Shown: positions 14,906 through 23,744, numbered from the stretch's first letter. The stretch: 36,960 nt of DNA from an uncultured Candidatus Peribacteria bacterium (GCA_964562735.1 CAZLUK010000074.1:1-36960); one strand, 5' to 3'. Notes: generated by a model not told the origin, from the letters alone. A program made the numbers and translations.

Positions 14906-15468
14906 GCGATCGTCTTCAGAAATTCGCCGAGCGCACTAAAATCTGAGACTAAGCTGCTGCGCAGTCCGCCGTTGTGAAGTGCAGCAGCTGGATGGTAGAT
15001 CGGGAAAAGCGTCATGGAACTGGAAAGTTTTAGCGGCTTGCCGTGGGACTCGGTGATGGTCCTGGTCGGGAAGAAGTGCCCGAGCGAATGACGACCGAGC
15101 GTTACAATTACGCGGGGCTGAATGAGCGCGATCTCGAGCATGAGCCAGGGCATACACTGCTCCTTTTCGATCGGCTCAGGATCACGGTTGCCCGGCGGAC
15201 GGAACTTCACGACGTTACTGATGTACACGTCCTCGCGCTTCAGGCCGATGCCCGAAAGTAGCTCGGTAAGAAATTGCCCCGATGCCCCGACGAACGGCCG
15301 CTTCAGCTCATCCTCTTTCTGGCCCGGCGCCTCGCCGATGAACATGACCCGCGCACGCGGATTCCCTTCTCCAAGCACGGGATTAGCGGTCTTCGCAAGA
15401 TCGCAACCTTTCCATGAGGTCAGCTTTTCTTTCAAAATATCGAGTGTCAATTCCATGGCGATCATCAT
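14902..15468 (-). CDS. Uracil-DNA glycosylase, family 4
   Basis: It has GEGNPRARVMFIGEAPGQKEDELKRPFVGASGQFL and HPAAALHNG. I trimmed the start to ATG 15468; alternatives are 15465 and 15456. Confidence 0.85.
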   Translation of the reverse strand: MMIAMELTLDILKEKLTSWKGCDLAKTANPVLGEGNPRARVMFIGEAPGQKEDELKRPFVGASGQFLTELLSGIGLKREDVYISNVVKFRPPGNRDPEPIEKEQCMPWLMLEIALIQPRVIVTLGRHSLGHFFPTRTITESHGKPLKLSSSMTLFPIYHPAAALHNGGLRSSLVSDFSALGEFLKTIA

Positions 15469-15522
15469 ATCACCTGCGCTCGGGTGGCGGCACGATGAAT
15501 TGAATGTCACGTTGCATCTCTT

Positions 15523-15771
15523 TCAATTCGTCATCGGACCAAGCACGTTTATCATGATTTTTTTAAATTCCACCATACGTTCATATACATCACATTTGCA
15601 GTAGCTACACTCATCCAACAAACTATTGATCCAAAGTTTGATGCTAGACGCTATTTTTTTTCTTGCGTCACAATCAGTATATTTCGCATACGATTCTATC
15701 CTTAAAAGCACCTTATTCATTGCATGTTCCCGTGGAAACTCTTGCTCCTCTCGTGAAAATCTATTCGTCAT
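15523..15771 (-). CDS. Hypothetical small Cys-containing protein (82 aa) in an AT-rich insert
   Basis: From ORF 15523..15888, trimmed to ATG 15771 because the upstream part overlaps purE. It contains a CSYCKC cluster. The local sequence is visibly AT-rich. Confidence 0.35.
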   Translation of the reverse strand: MTNRFSREEQEFPREHAMNKVLLRIESYAKYTDCDARKKIASSIKLWINSLLDECSYCKCDVYERMVEFKKIMINVLGPMTN

Positions 15772-15775
15772 ACAG

Positions 15776-16228
15776 TTAATATTCAGCTTTGATCTTCTTA
15801 ATCCTCTCCAGAAGCTTCTTCTGTAGTGCCTTATCACTCTCCGCCAAAATCCGCAGTGTCGCGAGAGCCGCATTCTTGTAACCGGCAACCGTCATCACCG
15901 GCACGTCGGAGGGCATGCGAAGACTCGAATGAATATCGATCATGTATTCCTCTAGGTCGGCGTGTGGCGGACAATTGACCACCGGATGCACGCAGGAACC
16001 AGCCACCACTCCGCTGAGTCCGTTGCTCATGCCGACACACGTGATGACGACCGTGGGTTCCGTGCGGGCATTGAGCTTCTCGATGATCTGCACCACCTTC
16101 TCGGGCACCTTGTGGGCGGACGCCACTATGATCTTGGACGAGACGCCGTACTCGTCCAAAAGCGTTGCGATTTTCTTGGCAAAATCTGTATCTACCTTGG
16201 AGCCGAGCAGGAACGTGACGGTAGGCAT
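15776..16228 (-). CDS. purE: PurE-family protein (N5-CAIR mutase / AIR carboxylase)
   Basis: From ORF 15776..16414, trimmed to ATG 16228 (MPTVTFLLGSKVD...). It has VASAHKVPEK and GMSNGLSGVVAG. The trimmed extension is repeat-derived. Confidence 0.8.
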   Translation of the reverse strand: MPTVTFLLGSKVDTDFAKKIATLLDEYGVSSKIIVASAHKVPEKVVQIIEKLNARTEPTVVITCVGMSNGLSGVVAGSCVHPVVNCPPHADLEEYMIDIHSSLRMPSDVPVMTVAGYKNAALATLRILAESDKALQKKLLERIKKIKAEY

Positions 16229-16235
16229 GGGCGAA

Positions 16236-16272
16236 GTGTAAAGCGGAAAGTGTAAAGCGGAAAGTGGAAAGC
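16236..16272. repeat. Tandem 14-nt repeat (GTGTAAAGCGGAAA x2 plus a partial unit) in the purE 5' leader
   Basis: Two perfect units at 16236-16263, followed by gtggaaagc. It begins 8 nt upstream of the purE start on the opposite strand. Confidence 0.8.
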
Positions 16273-16439
16273 CTGTAAACGACTGAGGGAATACAAAGAA
16301 TGTAACAAAATACCCCACACAAGGAGCATCCCCAAAATCATAATCTAACGAGCGAATGTACAGAAAGATTGAAATTCCTAGACGATGAAAATAAGGCAGT
16401 TGAAGCAACCTCAAAACCCACGTAAAGTGTCCCGGCGTT

Positions 16440-16515
16440 GGGGCTCTAGCTCATCTGGTAGAGCGCTTCCATGGCATGGAAGAGGCAAGGGGTTCGAGTC
16501 CCCTGAGCTCCACCA
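16440..16515 (+). tRNA. tRNA-Ala (anticodon GGC), CCA encoded
   Basis: The acceptor stem GGGGCUC/GAGCUCC includes the G3.U70 Ala identity pair. D arm is GCUC-AUCUGGUA-GAGC. Anticodon stem is CUUCC/GGAAG with loop AUGGCAU. T arm is GGGGU-UCGAGUC-CCCU(G), followed by A73-CCA. A possible promoter is TTGAAG (16400-05), a 17-nt spacer, then TAAAGT (16423-28). Confidence 0.9.
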
Positions 16516-17025
16516 ATCGGGAATTGGAACTTCAAAAATGCCGTTTTAATCAACAATTTTTTGCGAGATATATCTTTGACACACAGTGAGGGCACGGGTC
16601 AGGTCATTATTGAACAAAAGTATATGGGTAACCCTCTATGGCTCCATGTTAAACAATGGGGGGTCTTTTGGTTTTTAATGGTTTTATTAATCATGAATGT
16701 TTTTTACAACGCGTATAACGAAGTAAGAAAATCCCGCAGTGCCTCTTAATTTGATCCAAAGAAAGTTCCCAATCGTTCCCCACAGCTCATGACAGTGCCC
16801 TGCTGCTCATAGTGTAAGTGCACATTCCATCGCGAAAGGATTTTTAAGAATGGATCTGACGAAATCCAGTGAATTCTTCAGCACTAAGAGATTTTCTGAT
16901 AGAGTCAGCACATCCACTCTCGGGCGATTTTGGAGTGCGAGATTGGTTCGTACAGCTCCACCATTCGACTCGCACTCGCGTTGCGCGTAGCTTGCTCAGC
17001 GTAAACCATCTTCGTCCGTCACCCT

Positions 17026-17715
17026 ATGTTCCAATCCATCGTCCATCAGATCGAACCGCTAGTGCAGAACTATGGGGCTCTCGGTGTCTTTCTTGCGAGC
17101 GTCCTTGAAGAAATCATCGCGCCGATACCCTCCACCCTGGTCGTTTTCAGCTCTGCTGTTTTACTGACTCAAGGCCTCCATGGATGGGATGCCATCCTCG
17201 TCATTCTCTTCAAAATCATGATTCCTGCGTCTGCAGGCATCACGCTGGGCTCGCTCTTCCCTTACTTTTTGGCGAGAATCGGGGAAAAAGTTGCCATCGA
17301 AAAATTCGGTAAATATCTTGGCCTCAGTTGGTCTGCGATCGAATCCATGCAGAAACGTGTGGAGCAGGCTACGTCAGTGGAACTTGCGATCTTCGTCGCG
17401 CGTGCCATCCCTGGCATGCCGTCACTGGCGGTCTCCATTTTTTCAGGGTTAGCCCGGGTTCCGGTCGGGGAATACATAATCTGGAGCTTCCTGGGTTGCC
17501 TACCCAGAAACCTCATTCTCGGCTTCGTCGGATGGTGGGGCGGCAAGCAGTACGGCGCGGTAATAGAGCTCCTCAGTACAACCGAAAGCGGCCTGCTCGT
17601 CCTGGTTTTCGCGGTGTTCATCAGCCTCGTCATTGGTTGGGCAATCTTTGAGCACAAACGAAGAAACAAAAATCGGAATGTGCAGGCAGCGGACCCCCCG
17701 CAGATGCGTCCGTAA
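17026..17715 (+). CDS. DedA/VTT-family membrane protein
   Basis: The 229-aa product has the N-terminal GALGVFLASVLEEIIAPIPSTLVVF and a multi-TM pattern typical of DedA. Confidence 0.8.
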   Translation: MFQSIVHQIEPLVQNYGALGVFLASVLEEIIAPIPSTLVVFSSAVLLTQGLHGWDAILVILFKIMIPASAGITLGSLFPYFLARIGEKVAIEKFGKYLGLSWSAIESMQKRVEQATSVELAIFVARAIPGMPSLAVSIFSGLARVPVGEYIIWSFLGCLPRNLILGFVGWWGGKQYGAVIELLSTTESGLLVLVFAVFISLVIGWAIFEHKRRNKNRNVQAADPPQMRP

Positions 17716-17721
17716 TCCGGG

Positions 17722-18014
17722 CAGGCTGGGGATCACATCATTTTTTGCTGGAGAAAGTTTTGCACGTCGCGGCTGCTGTTCTCGTACCCGCCTCACCCCC
17801 GACCCCTCTCCATCCTGCGGGCCAGAGAGGGGAGCTCCATTGAAGAAGAGAAGAAGGTTTATGAATCCTCAATGAGTAAAACAAAACAAAAACATTCCCC
17901 TTCTCCCCAGCCGCAGCGGGAGAAGGGGCTAGGGGATGAGGCGGGGAAAGAGAGACTGCTGCGTTCATGCCGTTCATTCCTACTCCAGCAAAGAATGATG
18001 TGATCCCAGGCTGG
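17722..18014. mobile_element. MITE-like 293-bp palindromic element
   Basis: The terminal inverted repeats are caggctggggatcacatcattttttgctggag (17722-17753) and ctccagcaaagaatgatgtgatcccaggctgg (17983-18014). Internal arms are also inverted (gcctcacccccgacccctctcc vs ggagaaggggctaggggatgaggc). No ORF. Confidence 0.5.
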
Positions 18015-18070
18015 CGTTGATCGCTGCCCAAAAAGCCTGTAGCCTTGGCGGGCTTGCCGTCCATAAATGT

Positions 18071-18147
18071 GCGCCCGTAGCTCAGCTGGATAGAGCATCA
18101 GCTTGCGGAGCTGGGGGTCACAGGTTCAAATCCTGTCGGGCGCACCA
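18071..18147 (+). tRNA. tRNA-Arg (anticodon GCG), CCA encoded
   Basis: Acceptor is GCGCCCG/CGGGCGC. The D arm GCUC-AGCUGGAUA-GAGC includes A20. Anticodon stem is UCAGC/GCUGG with loop UUGCGGA. T arm is ACAGG-UUCAAAU-CCUGU, followed by A73-CCA. Confidence 0.85.
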
Positions 18148-18156
18148 CGTAAAATC

Positions 18157-18179
18157 GCTGCGCGATCACGTGGCGCAGC
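18157..18179. terminator. Hairpin between tRNA-Arg and the convergent AIM24-like gene
   Basis: Stem GCTGCGC / GCGCAGC (7 bp) with a 9-nt loop and no clear U-tract. Confidence 0.35.
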
Positions 18180-18207
18180 CAAGTAAAATCGGTACCGAGA
18201 TTTATCT

Positions 18208-18933
18208 TCAACCCCCGAACACATTACCGAGAATATTCACCGCTCCCTGCCCGCGCTCGGGGGCCCTGAGGAACGGATTCAACTGCTCGGCAAAAGAACG
18301 GAGGTTTCTGGTCTGCAAATAGATCGTTCCGGGCCCCGTGAATTCACAGGCGAGGCCTTCACCAGACTTTACCGCACTCACCATGCCATCGCCCATATTC
18401 CTGATGTCGTAGTGCATGTGCGCCGGAAATGCGACGATGTGGCCGTTGTCGACAATAAATTTCTCGCCCGCAGCCAGTTCCTGCTTCAGGATGCCGCCAA
18501 AGCTCGATACAAACATATGCCCCGTACCTTCAGCTCGGATCATGAAGAGGCCTTCGCCGCTGAAGAAGCCTTTCAGTCCGGAAAAATGCGAATCGGTTTT
18601 CACTCCCGGAGTCGACGCAAGAAACGATCCTCCCTGCACCACATAGGCTTCGCCCGAGAGGGGAATGTTCTCGACATCACCGGTTGCGCGTGGCGCGAGG
18701 AACACTTCGGTACCGTCTTTCGTTGCTGTGATCGTCGTCACGAAGAAACTTTCGCTCGTGAGGACGGTGCGCTTCAGCGCTCCCCAGAGTCCACCTTTCA
18801 TCTTTCCATACACTTCAGGATCTCCACCGAGTGCGAGGATGGCTCCACTTTCGGCATGCACTTCTTCGCCCTTTTTGAGGGTCATCTTTACGGCGCTATA
18901 GCTCGGTTTGCCGACGATCTCATAGCTCGGCAT
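18208..18933 (-). CDS. AIM24 / TIGR00266 (DUF124) family protein
   Basis: From ORF 18208..18984; ATG 18933 (MPSYEIVGKPSYSAVKMTL...) is preferred. The beta-rich pattern ...GEEVHAESGAILA...GEGLFMIRAEGTGHMFVSSFGGI...GPGTIYLQTRNL... matches my memory of this family. Confidence 0.75.
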   Translation of the reverse strand: MPSYEIVGKPSYSAVKMTLKKGEEVHAESGAILALGGDPEVYGKMKGGLWGALKRTVLTSESFFVTTITATKDGTEVFLAPRATGDVENIPLSGEAYVVQGGSFLASTPGVKTDSHFSGLKGFFSGEGLFMIRAEGTGHMFVSSFGGILKQELAAGEKFIVDNGHIVAFPAHMHYDIRNMGDGMVSAVKSGEGLACEFTGPGTIYLQTRNLRSFAEQLNPFLRAPERGQGAVNILGNVFGG

Positions 18934-19138
18934 ATCCGAGGACTCTTGTAGTTTTTCACGGGGGACTTCAGGTGAAGGAACCATGGAGCAGAGGGAAAGA
19001 GTGATCCGATCATACTCGCTTTCGTTAACCAGCGATTTAAAACGAAAGATGGATTAGGAATTTTGACGTTTTTCTGATACAATAAATAGATTTCTCCGTG
19101 TGCGCCAGCATGCGCGAAACAAACCCAAAAAACCTTCG

Positions 19139-20359
19139 ATGTCCGTCCACTCGCTCATGTTTGGCTGGGAGTATCCTCCCGCTCACCTCGGAGGTCTCGG
19201 TGTGGCGTGCCAGGGTATCGTCCGCGGACTGCTGCATCATGGGGTAAAGGTCACGCTTGTGCTGCCGCACAGTGCCGCCGAGGAGGCCGGTGTACAGATC
19301 ATTTCGCCGTTGTCGTCAATCGCTTCTGGAACTGACATCATCGGGATCCCGACCGGACTCCAGCCGTACGACGGATTCACCGCGTACGGCGCGCGGCTTC
19401 AGGACTTCGACCTTGAAGACAACGGCATCAGCCAGCTCTATGGACAAAACCTCGGCGAGGAAGTGCAGCGCTTCACAGATATCGCCGTCGAGATGACGAA
19501 GAACGTCCGACCCAACATTATCCACACGCATGACTGGATGACGTTGGAGGCAGGCGTGAAGGCTGCCAGACATCATCGAAGGCCGCTCGTAGCGCACGTT
19601 CACGCCACCGAGCTTGATCGTACCGAATTCCATCCGAACCCGTGGATCTTCAAACGTGAAGTCCTAGGACTCCGCAAAGCGGACCACGTCATCGCGGTCT
19701 CGGCGTACACCCGCGGGCTCCTCATCCGTGAGTACGGTATTCCCAGTGACAAAATTACGGTAATTCATAACGGTACATTTTATGCTGGGCCGCACAAGCG
19801 CATGACCGAACCCGGAAACGCTCGTCATCCGCTCGTTCTTTTTCTCGGCCGTCTCACGGTGCAGAAGGGTGCCGTACATTTCATCGAAGCCGCACGCAAA
19901 GTGGCCGATCATAATCCCGCTGCCCGTTTCGTAGTTGCCGGTGAAGGCTACCTCCTGCCGCAGCTCATAGAACAGGCGTGCCGGGTCGGCCTCTCGGACC
20001 GCATCATTTTCGCCGGACGCGTGACGAGCGCCGAAGCCAGAAAGCTCTACGAGAACGCTGCATGTTTCGTCATGCCATCGGTCTCCGAGCCGTTCGGCTT
20101 GGTCGCCATGGAAGCCATCACGCACGGCGCCCCGGTTGTCCTCAGCAAACAATCCGGTGCTGCCGAAGTCGTCCACAATGCCATGCAGGTCGATTTCTGG
20201 GACACCGACAAAATGGCTGACTGCATCCTTACGGTGCTCCGCGAAGAACCACTTCGGGACGAGATGAGACTTCAGACTCCCCGCATTCTGAGTAATCTCA
20301 CTTGGGCGAACCAAGGCCGGAAAATTCTTTCAATCTACTCTGACATTATCCGTTCCTAA
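19139..20359 (+). CDS. GT-B glycosyltransferase (GT4/GT5, glycogen-synthase-like)
   Basis: The track ORF starts at GTG 19100; I prefer ATG 19139. The N-terminus is MFGWEYPPAHLGGLGVACQG and the C-terminal part has MPSVSEPFGLVAMEA. Confidence 0.8.
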   Translation: MSVHSLMFGWEYPPAHLGGLGVACQGIVRGLLHHGVKVTLVLPHSAAEEAGVQIISPLSSIASGTDIIGIPTGLQPYDGFTAYGARLQDFDLEDNGISQLYGQNLGEEVQRFTDIAVEMTKNVRPNIIHTHDWMTLEAGVKAARHHRRPLVAHVHATELDRTEFHPNPWIFKREVLGLRKADHVIAVSAYTRGLLIREYGIPSDKITVIHNGTFYAGPHKRMTEPGNARHPLVLFLGRLTVQKGAVHFIEAARKVADHNPAARFVVAGEGYLLPQLIEQACRVGLSDRIIFAGRVTSAEARKLYENAACFVMPSVSEPFGLVAMEAITHGAPVVLSKQSGAAEVVHNAMQVDFWDTDKMADCILTVLREEPLRDEMRLQTPRILSNLTWANQGRKILSIYSDIIRS

Positions 20360-20364
20360 TTTTC

Positions 20365-21624
20365 ATGACTAAAACAAATTCCCCATCGGTTTGTTTCTAC
20401 TTCCAGGTCCATCAGCCGTTCCGTCTCCGTGACATGCGGATCATGGATATTGGTGAATTTCGCAGCTACTTCGATGACGATAAGAACCGTACCGTGTTTC
20501 GTAAAGTCGCGGAGAAGTGTTACCTGCCGACGAATGCACTCTTGCTCAAGCTTCTCAAGCAGCACAAGAATTTCCGCGTCGCGTTCTCGCTCTCCGGCGT
20601 TTTTATTGATCAGTGTCGTGAGTACGGAAGCGATGTGCTCGAGTCGTTCCAGCAGCTGGCTGCAACCGGACAGGTAGAGTTTCTTGCGGAAACGTATTAC
20701 CACTCGCTCTCGTGTTTGTTCTCGCTCGAGGAATTCTGCGAGCAAGTTGCGAAGCATACCGAGACGATCAAGAAAATATTCAACATCAAGCCGACGACGT
20801 TCCGGAATACCGAGCTCGTGTACAGCAATGAAATCGCCGAAGTCGCTCGCTCGCTCGGATTTAAGGCAATTCTGGCCGAAGGTGCCGACCGCGTGCTCAT
20901 GGGCCGCAGTCCGAACGTCGTTTATACGCCGCCTAGGTTTGCACTCTCCCGCGAGTGGCAACGGATCATCTCCCGCTACAGGGTCCATCCGGTGCCTGTG
21001 AAATCTATGCGCACCCTGCTTAAAAATTACCAGCTCTCCGATGATATAGCGTTCCGTTTCGGCCAAGCGCACCGAAGCAAAACGCCGCTTACCGCCGAAA
21101 CGTTTGCATGGTGGATCAAGGACTCGCACGGCAAGTCCGTGAACCTATTTATGGACTACGAGACCTTCGGCGAGCACCAGTGGGCCGATACCGGCATTTT
21201 TCATTTCTTAGAGGCATTGCCCGGCGAATTTGAAAAACACGGCATCGAAACCACGACACCCGCTAAAACTGCTATGCAATACGGTAGAGGTACGCTTCCG
21301 GTTATCGATGCGCACGCTCCGGTTTCGTGGGCCGATACCGAGCGTGATCTCTCGGCGTGGCGAGGCAATCATCTCCAGGAAGCGGCGCTTGCCGGAATTT
21401 ATGCTCTGGAACACGCCGTGAAGAAACTTAAGGATCCGGGATTGCTGGATATCTGGCGCAAATTACAGACATCCGATCACTTCTACTACCTGTGTACCAA
21501 GTATTGGTCCGATGGCGATGTGCACAAATACTTTAGCCCCTACGAATCGCCTTACGAGGCGTACAGGAGATACAGTCATGCGCTTTGTGATTTGAAATTA
21601 CGCATTGAAGGACATGATTCCTAA
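20365..21624 (+). CDS. Glycoside hydrolase family 57 (alpha-amylase / glucanotransferase-like)
   Basis: The 419-aa product has FYFQVHQPFRL near the N-terminus and NLFMDYETFGEHQW, typical of the GH57 catalytic region. Confidence 0.8.
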   Translation: MTKTNSPSVCFYFQVHQPFRLRDMRIMDIGEFRSYFDDDKNRTVFRKVAEKCYLPTNALLLKLLKQHKNFRVAFSLSGVFIDQCREYGSDVLESFQQLAATGQVEFLAETYYHSLSCLFSLEEFCEQVAKHTETIKKIFNIKPTTFRNTELVYSNEIAEVARSLGFKAILAEGADRVLMGRSPNVVYTPPRFALSREWQRIISRYRVHPVPVKSMRTLLKNYQLSDDIAFRFGQAHRSKTPLTAETFAWWIKDSHGKSVNLFMDYETFGEHQWADTGIFHFLEALPGEFEKHGIETTTPAKTAMQYGRGTLPVIDAHAPVSWADTERDLSAWRGNHLQEAALAGIYALEHAVKKLKDPGLLDIWRKLQTSDHFYYLCTKYWSDGDVHKYFSPYESPYEAYRRYSHALCDLKLRIEGHDS

Positions 21625-21626
21625 GT

Positions 21627-21683
21627 CCCTATCCCTATCCCTATCCCTAATCCCTATCCCTATCCCTATCCCTAATCCCTAAG
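21627..21683. repeat. (CCCTAT)3-CCCTAAT x2 plus CCCTAAG microsatellite
   Basis: Nine evenly spaced CCC runs with a 25-nt higher-order period. It starts 3 nt after the GH57 stop and ends 9 nt before the GH15 ATG. Confidence 0.9.
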
Positions 21684-21692
21684 CCGTCCCCC

Positions 21693-23744
21693 ATGCCCCG
21701 CTCACTCGTCCTCGGTAACGGCACGCTCCTCGCGACATTCGATGAGTTTTTGCAGCTTCGGGACTTCTACTATCCATATGTTGGAGAAGAAGACCACACG
21801 ACGTACGGAAAATTTCACCGCGTTGGTTTCCTTGTGGAGGGCAAAGGATTCTCGTGGATCAACGATGGAACATGGAAGATTCATCCGGCCTCTGCCGAGC
21901 CGTCTTTGGTATCCGCATCGATGCTCGTCTCCGATAAACTACAGATCGAGATCATGAGTGAGGACTTCGTCGATCCGGTGAAGAATATACTGCTCCGATC
22001 GTTTCGGATTCGGACCCTCGATGGACAAGAGCGAAAAGTACAGTGCTTTTTTCATCATGACTTCTATCTGTACGGTGATAAACAGAAGGACACTGCGTTC
22101 TTCGAGCCGCACACCAAGAGCGTTATCCACTACCGCCAGAACCGTTACTTTCTCGTGGGCGGCACCACTAGTGATCCAGTGAACTGCCTGCCGTCCGAGA
22201 TTCCGGATGAATTCCATCCGCTAAGCCGCGATGAGACGCACATCGATCACTCCGGCATTACCTCGTTCTCGATCGGCAAAGCCAACTACCGCGGACTGGA
22301 GGGAACGTGGCGCGATGCCGAGGACGGCATACTCGGACGTTATCCCATAGAACAGGGTTCCGTGGACTCCACTGTCGAGATCGATTGTCTGGCACGCGCC
22401 GATCGCGGTACGTGGGTCACTCTGTGGGTCTGCGCTGGCCAGAAGATCTCCGAGGTTCATGCACTGCAGCATTTCCTCTTGGAAGAGACCCCCGAACAGG
22501 TGAAACAGTCCGCCAGAAATTTCTGGCGCGGCTGGGTGGGATCGCACACTGATCCGGGTGAGGGCATCCCGAGAGAAGTCACCGATCTATATACCCGGAG
22601 TCTCCTGACGATTCGTACCCAGACCGATAATCATGGCGGCATCCTTGCGGCCAATGACAGCGATATCATGCAGTTTAATCGTGATACCTACACCTATGTT
22701 TGGCCGCGGGACGGTGCATTCGTTTGCATGGCGCTCACCAGCGCCGGAGAGCACGAGATCGTCCGCAGATTCATGGAATTCTGTGAAAAGGCTCAGACGA
22801 AAGAGGGTTATTTGCTCCACAAATACAACCCCGACGGTTCGGCCGGTTCCTCGTGGCATCCGTGGTATCGCGGACGGCAGTCGCTCCTTCCGATTCAGGG
22901 CGATGAGACGGCGCTGCCGCTGCAGGCACTCTGGAAGCACTTTGAGAAAACACAGGGCTTCGAGTTCCTGCACCGCATGTACCAGACGTTTGTAAAGCGC
23001 GCTGCGGACTTCCTCGTCCGCTATACCGAGCCACAGACCGGTCTGCCACTCTCCAGCTACGACCTGTGGGAAGAACACCGCGGTATCTTCACGTACACGA
23101 CTGCGGCCACCGTCGCGGGACTCCGCGCGGCCGGCAACATCTCAGTCGCACTTGGCCACTATCGCCACGCCGACCGCTACAACGAGGCTGCCGACCGTAT
23201 GACGGAAGCGATGATCTTTCATCTCTACGATCAGGCTACCAAGTGCTTCATGAAGAAGATCAAGCGTGAGGGCGGACAAACGATTGAACATGACACGACT
23301 CCGGACGCCAGTATCGGCATTCTGTGGCAGTTCGGCATTCTTCCCGCCGATGATCCGCGCGTAGTTTCCACAATCGATCGGCTCGAGAAATCGCTCACCG
23401 TGAAGTCGCCGGTTGGCGGAATTGCAAGGTACGTAAATGACTACTACCAGTCCGTGACTCCTCCCACCGCCGAAATTACCGGCAATCCGTGGATCATCAC
23501 CACTCTCTGGTTCACCCAGTGGCGCATCGCTACGGCCAAGCAGATTGACGACCTCAAGCAGCCGATGCAGGAATTGCTATGGGCTGTAGCCAAGGCGTCT
23601 CCGGCCGGCATGCTTCCGGAACAGATGCATCCGATCACCGGTGCTCCGCTCTCCGTTGCTCCGCTTACGTGGAGCCATGCCGTGTATATGGAGACGGTGC
23701 TGATGTACGGGGAGAAGCTTAGGCAGCTGCAGAAAAGTAGTTAG
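21693..23744 (+). CDS. Glycoside hydrolase family 15 (glucoamylase/glucodextranase-like)
   Basis: The 683-aa product has YTYVWPRDGAF and SSYDLWEEHRG (GH15 catalytic region). The N-terminus is GNGTLLATFDEFLQLRDFYYPYVG. Confidence 0.85.
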   Translation: MPRSLVLGNGTLLATFDEFLQLRDFYYPYVGEEDHTTYGKFHRVGFLVEGKGFSWINDGTWKIHPASAEPSLVSASMLVSDKLQIEIMSEDFVDPVKNILLRSFRIRTLDGQERKVQCFFHHDFYLYGDKQKDTAFFEPHTKSVIHYRQNRYFLVGGTTSDPVNCLPSEIPDEFHPLSRDETHIDHSGITSFSIGKANYRGLEGTWRDAEDGILGRYPIEQGSVDSTVEIDCLARADRGTWVTLWVCAGQKISEVHALQHFLLEETPEQVKQSARNFWRGWVGSHTDPGEGIPREVTDLYTRSLLTIRTQTDNHGGILAANDSDIMQFNRDTYTYVWPRDGAFVCMALTSAGEHEIVRRFMEFCEKAQTKEGYLLHKYNPDGSAGSSWHPWYRGRQSLLPIQGDETALPLQALWKHFEKTQGFEFLHRMYQTFVKRAADFLVRYTEPQTGLPLSSYDLWEEHRGIFTYTTAATVAGLRAAGNISVALGHYRHADRYNEAADRMTEAMIFHLYDQATKCFMKKIKREGGQTIEHDTTPDASIGILWQFGILPADDPRVVSTIDRLEKSLTVKSPVGGIARYVNDYYQSVTPPTAEITGNPWIITTLWFTQWRIATAKQIDDLKQPMQELLWAVAKASPAGMLPEQMHPITGAPLSVAPLTWSHAVYMETVLMYGEKLRQLQKSS

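Noticed and set aside
16561-16749. The 62-aa ORF in the AT-rich insert after tRNA-Ala as a confident gene.
   Set aside because: It is short, with no motif. Only the C-terminal half looks like a TM helix. I mention it only as the content of the putative remnant island.
21627-21683. CCCTAA units as telomere repeats or the end of a linear replicon.
   Set aside because: The tract is internal, sits between two co-directional genes, and is mostly CCCTAT. The similarity to telomeric CCCTAA is coincidental.
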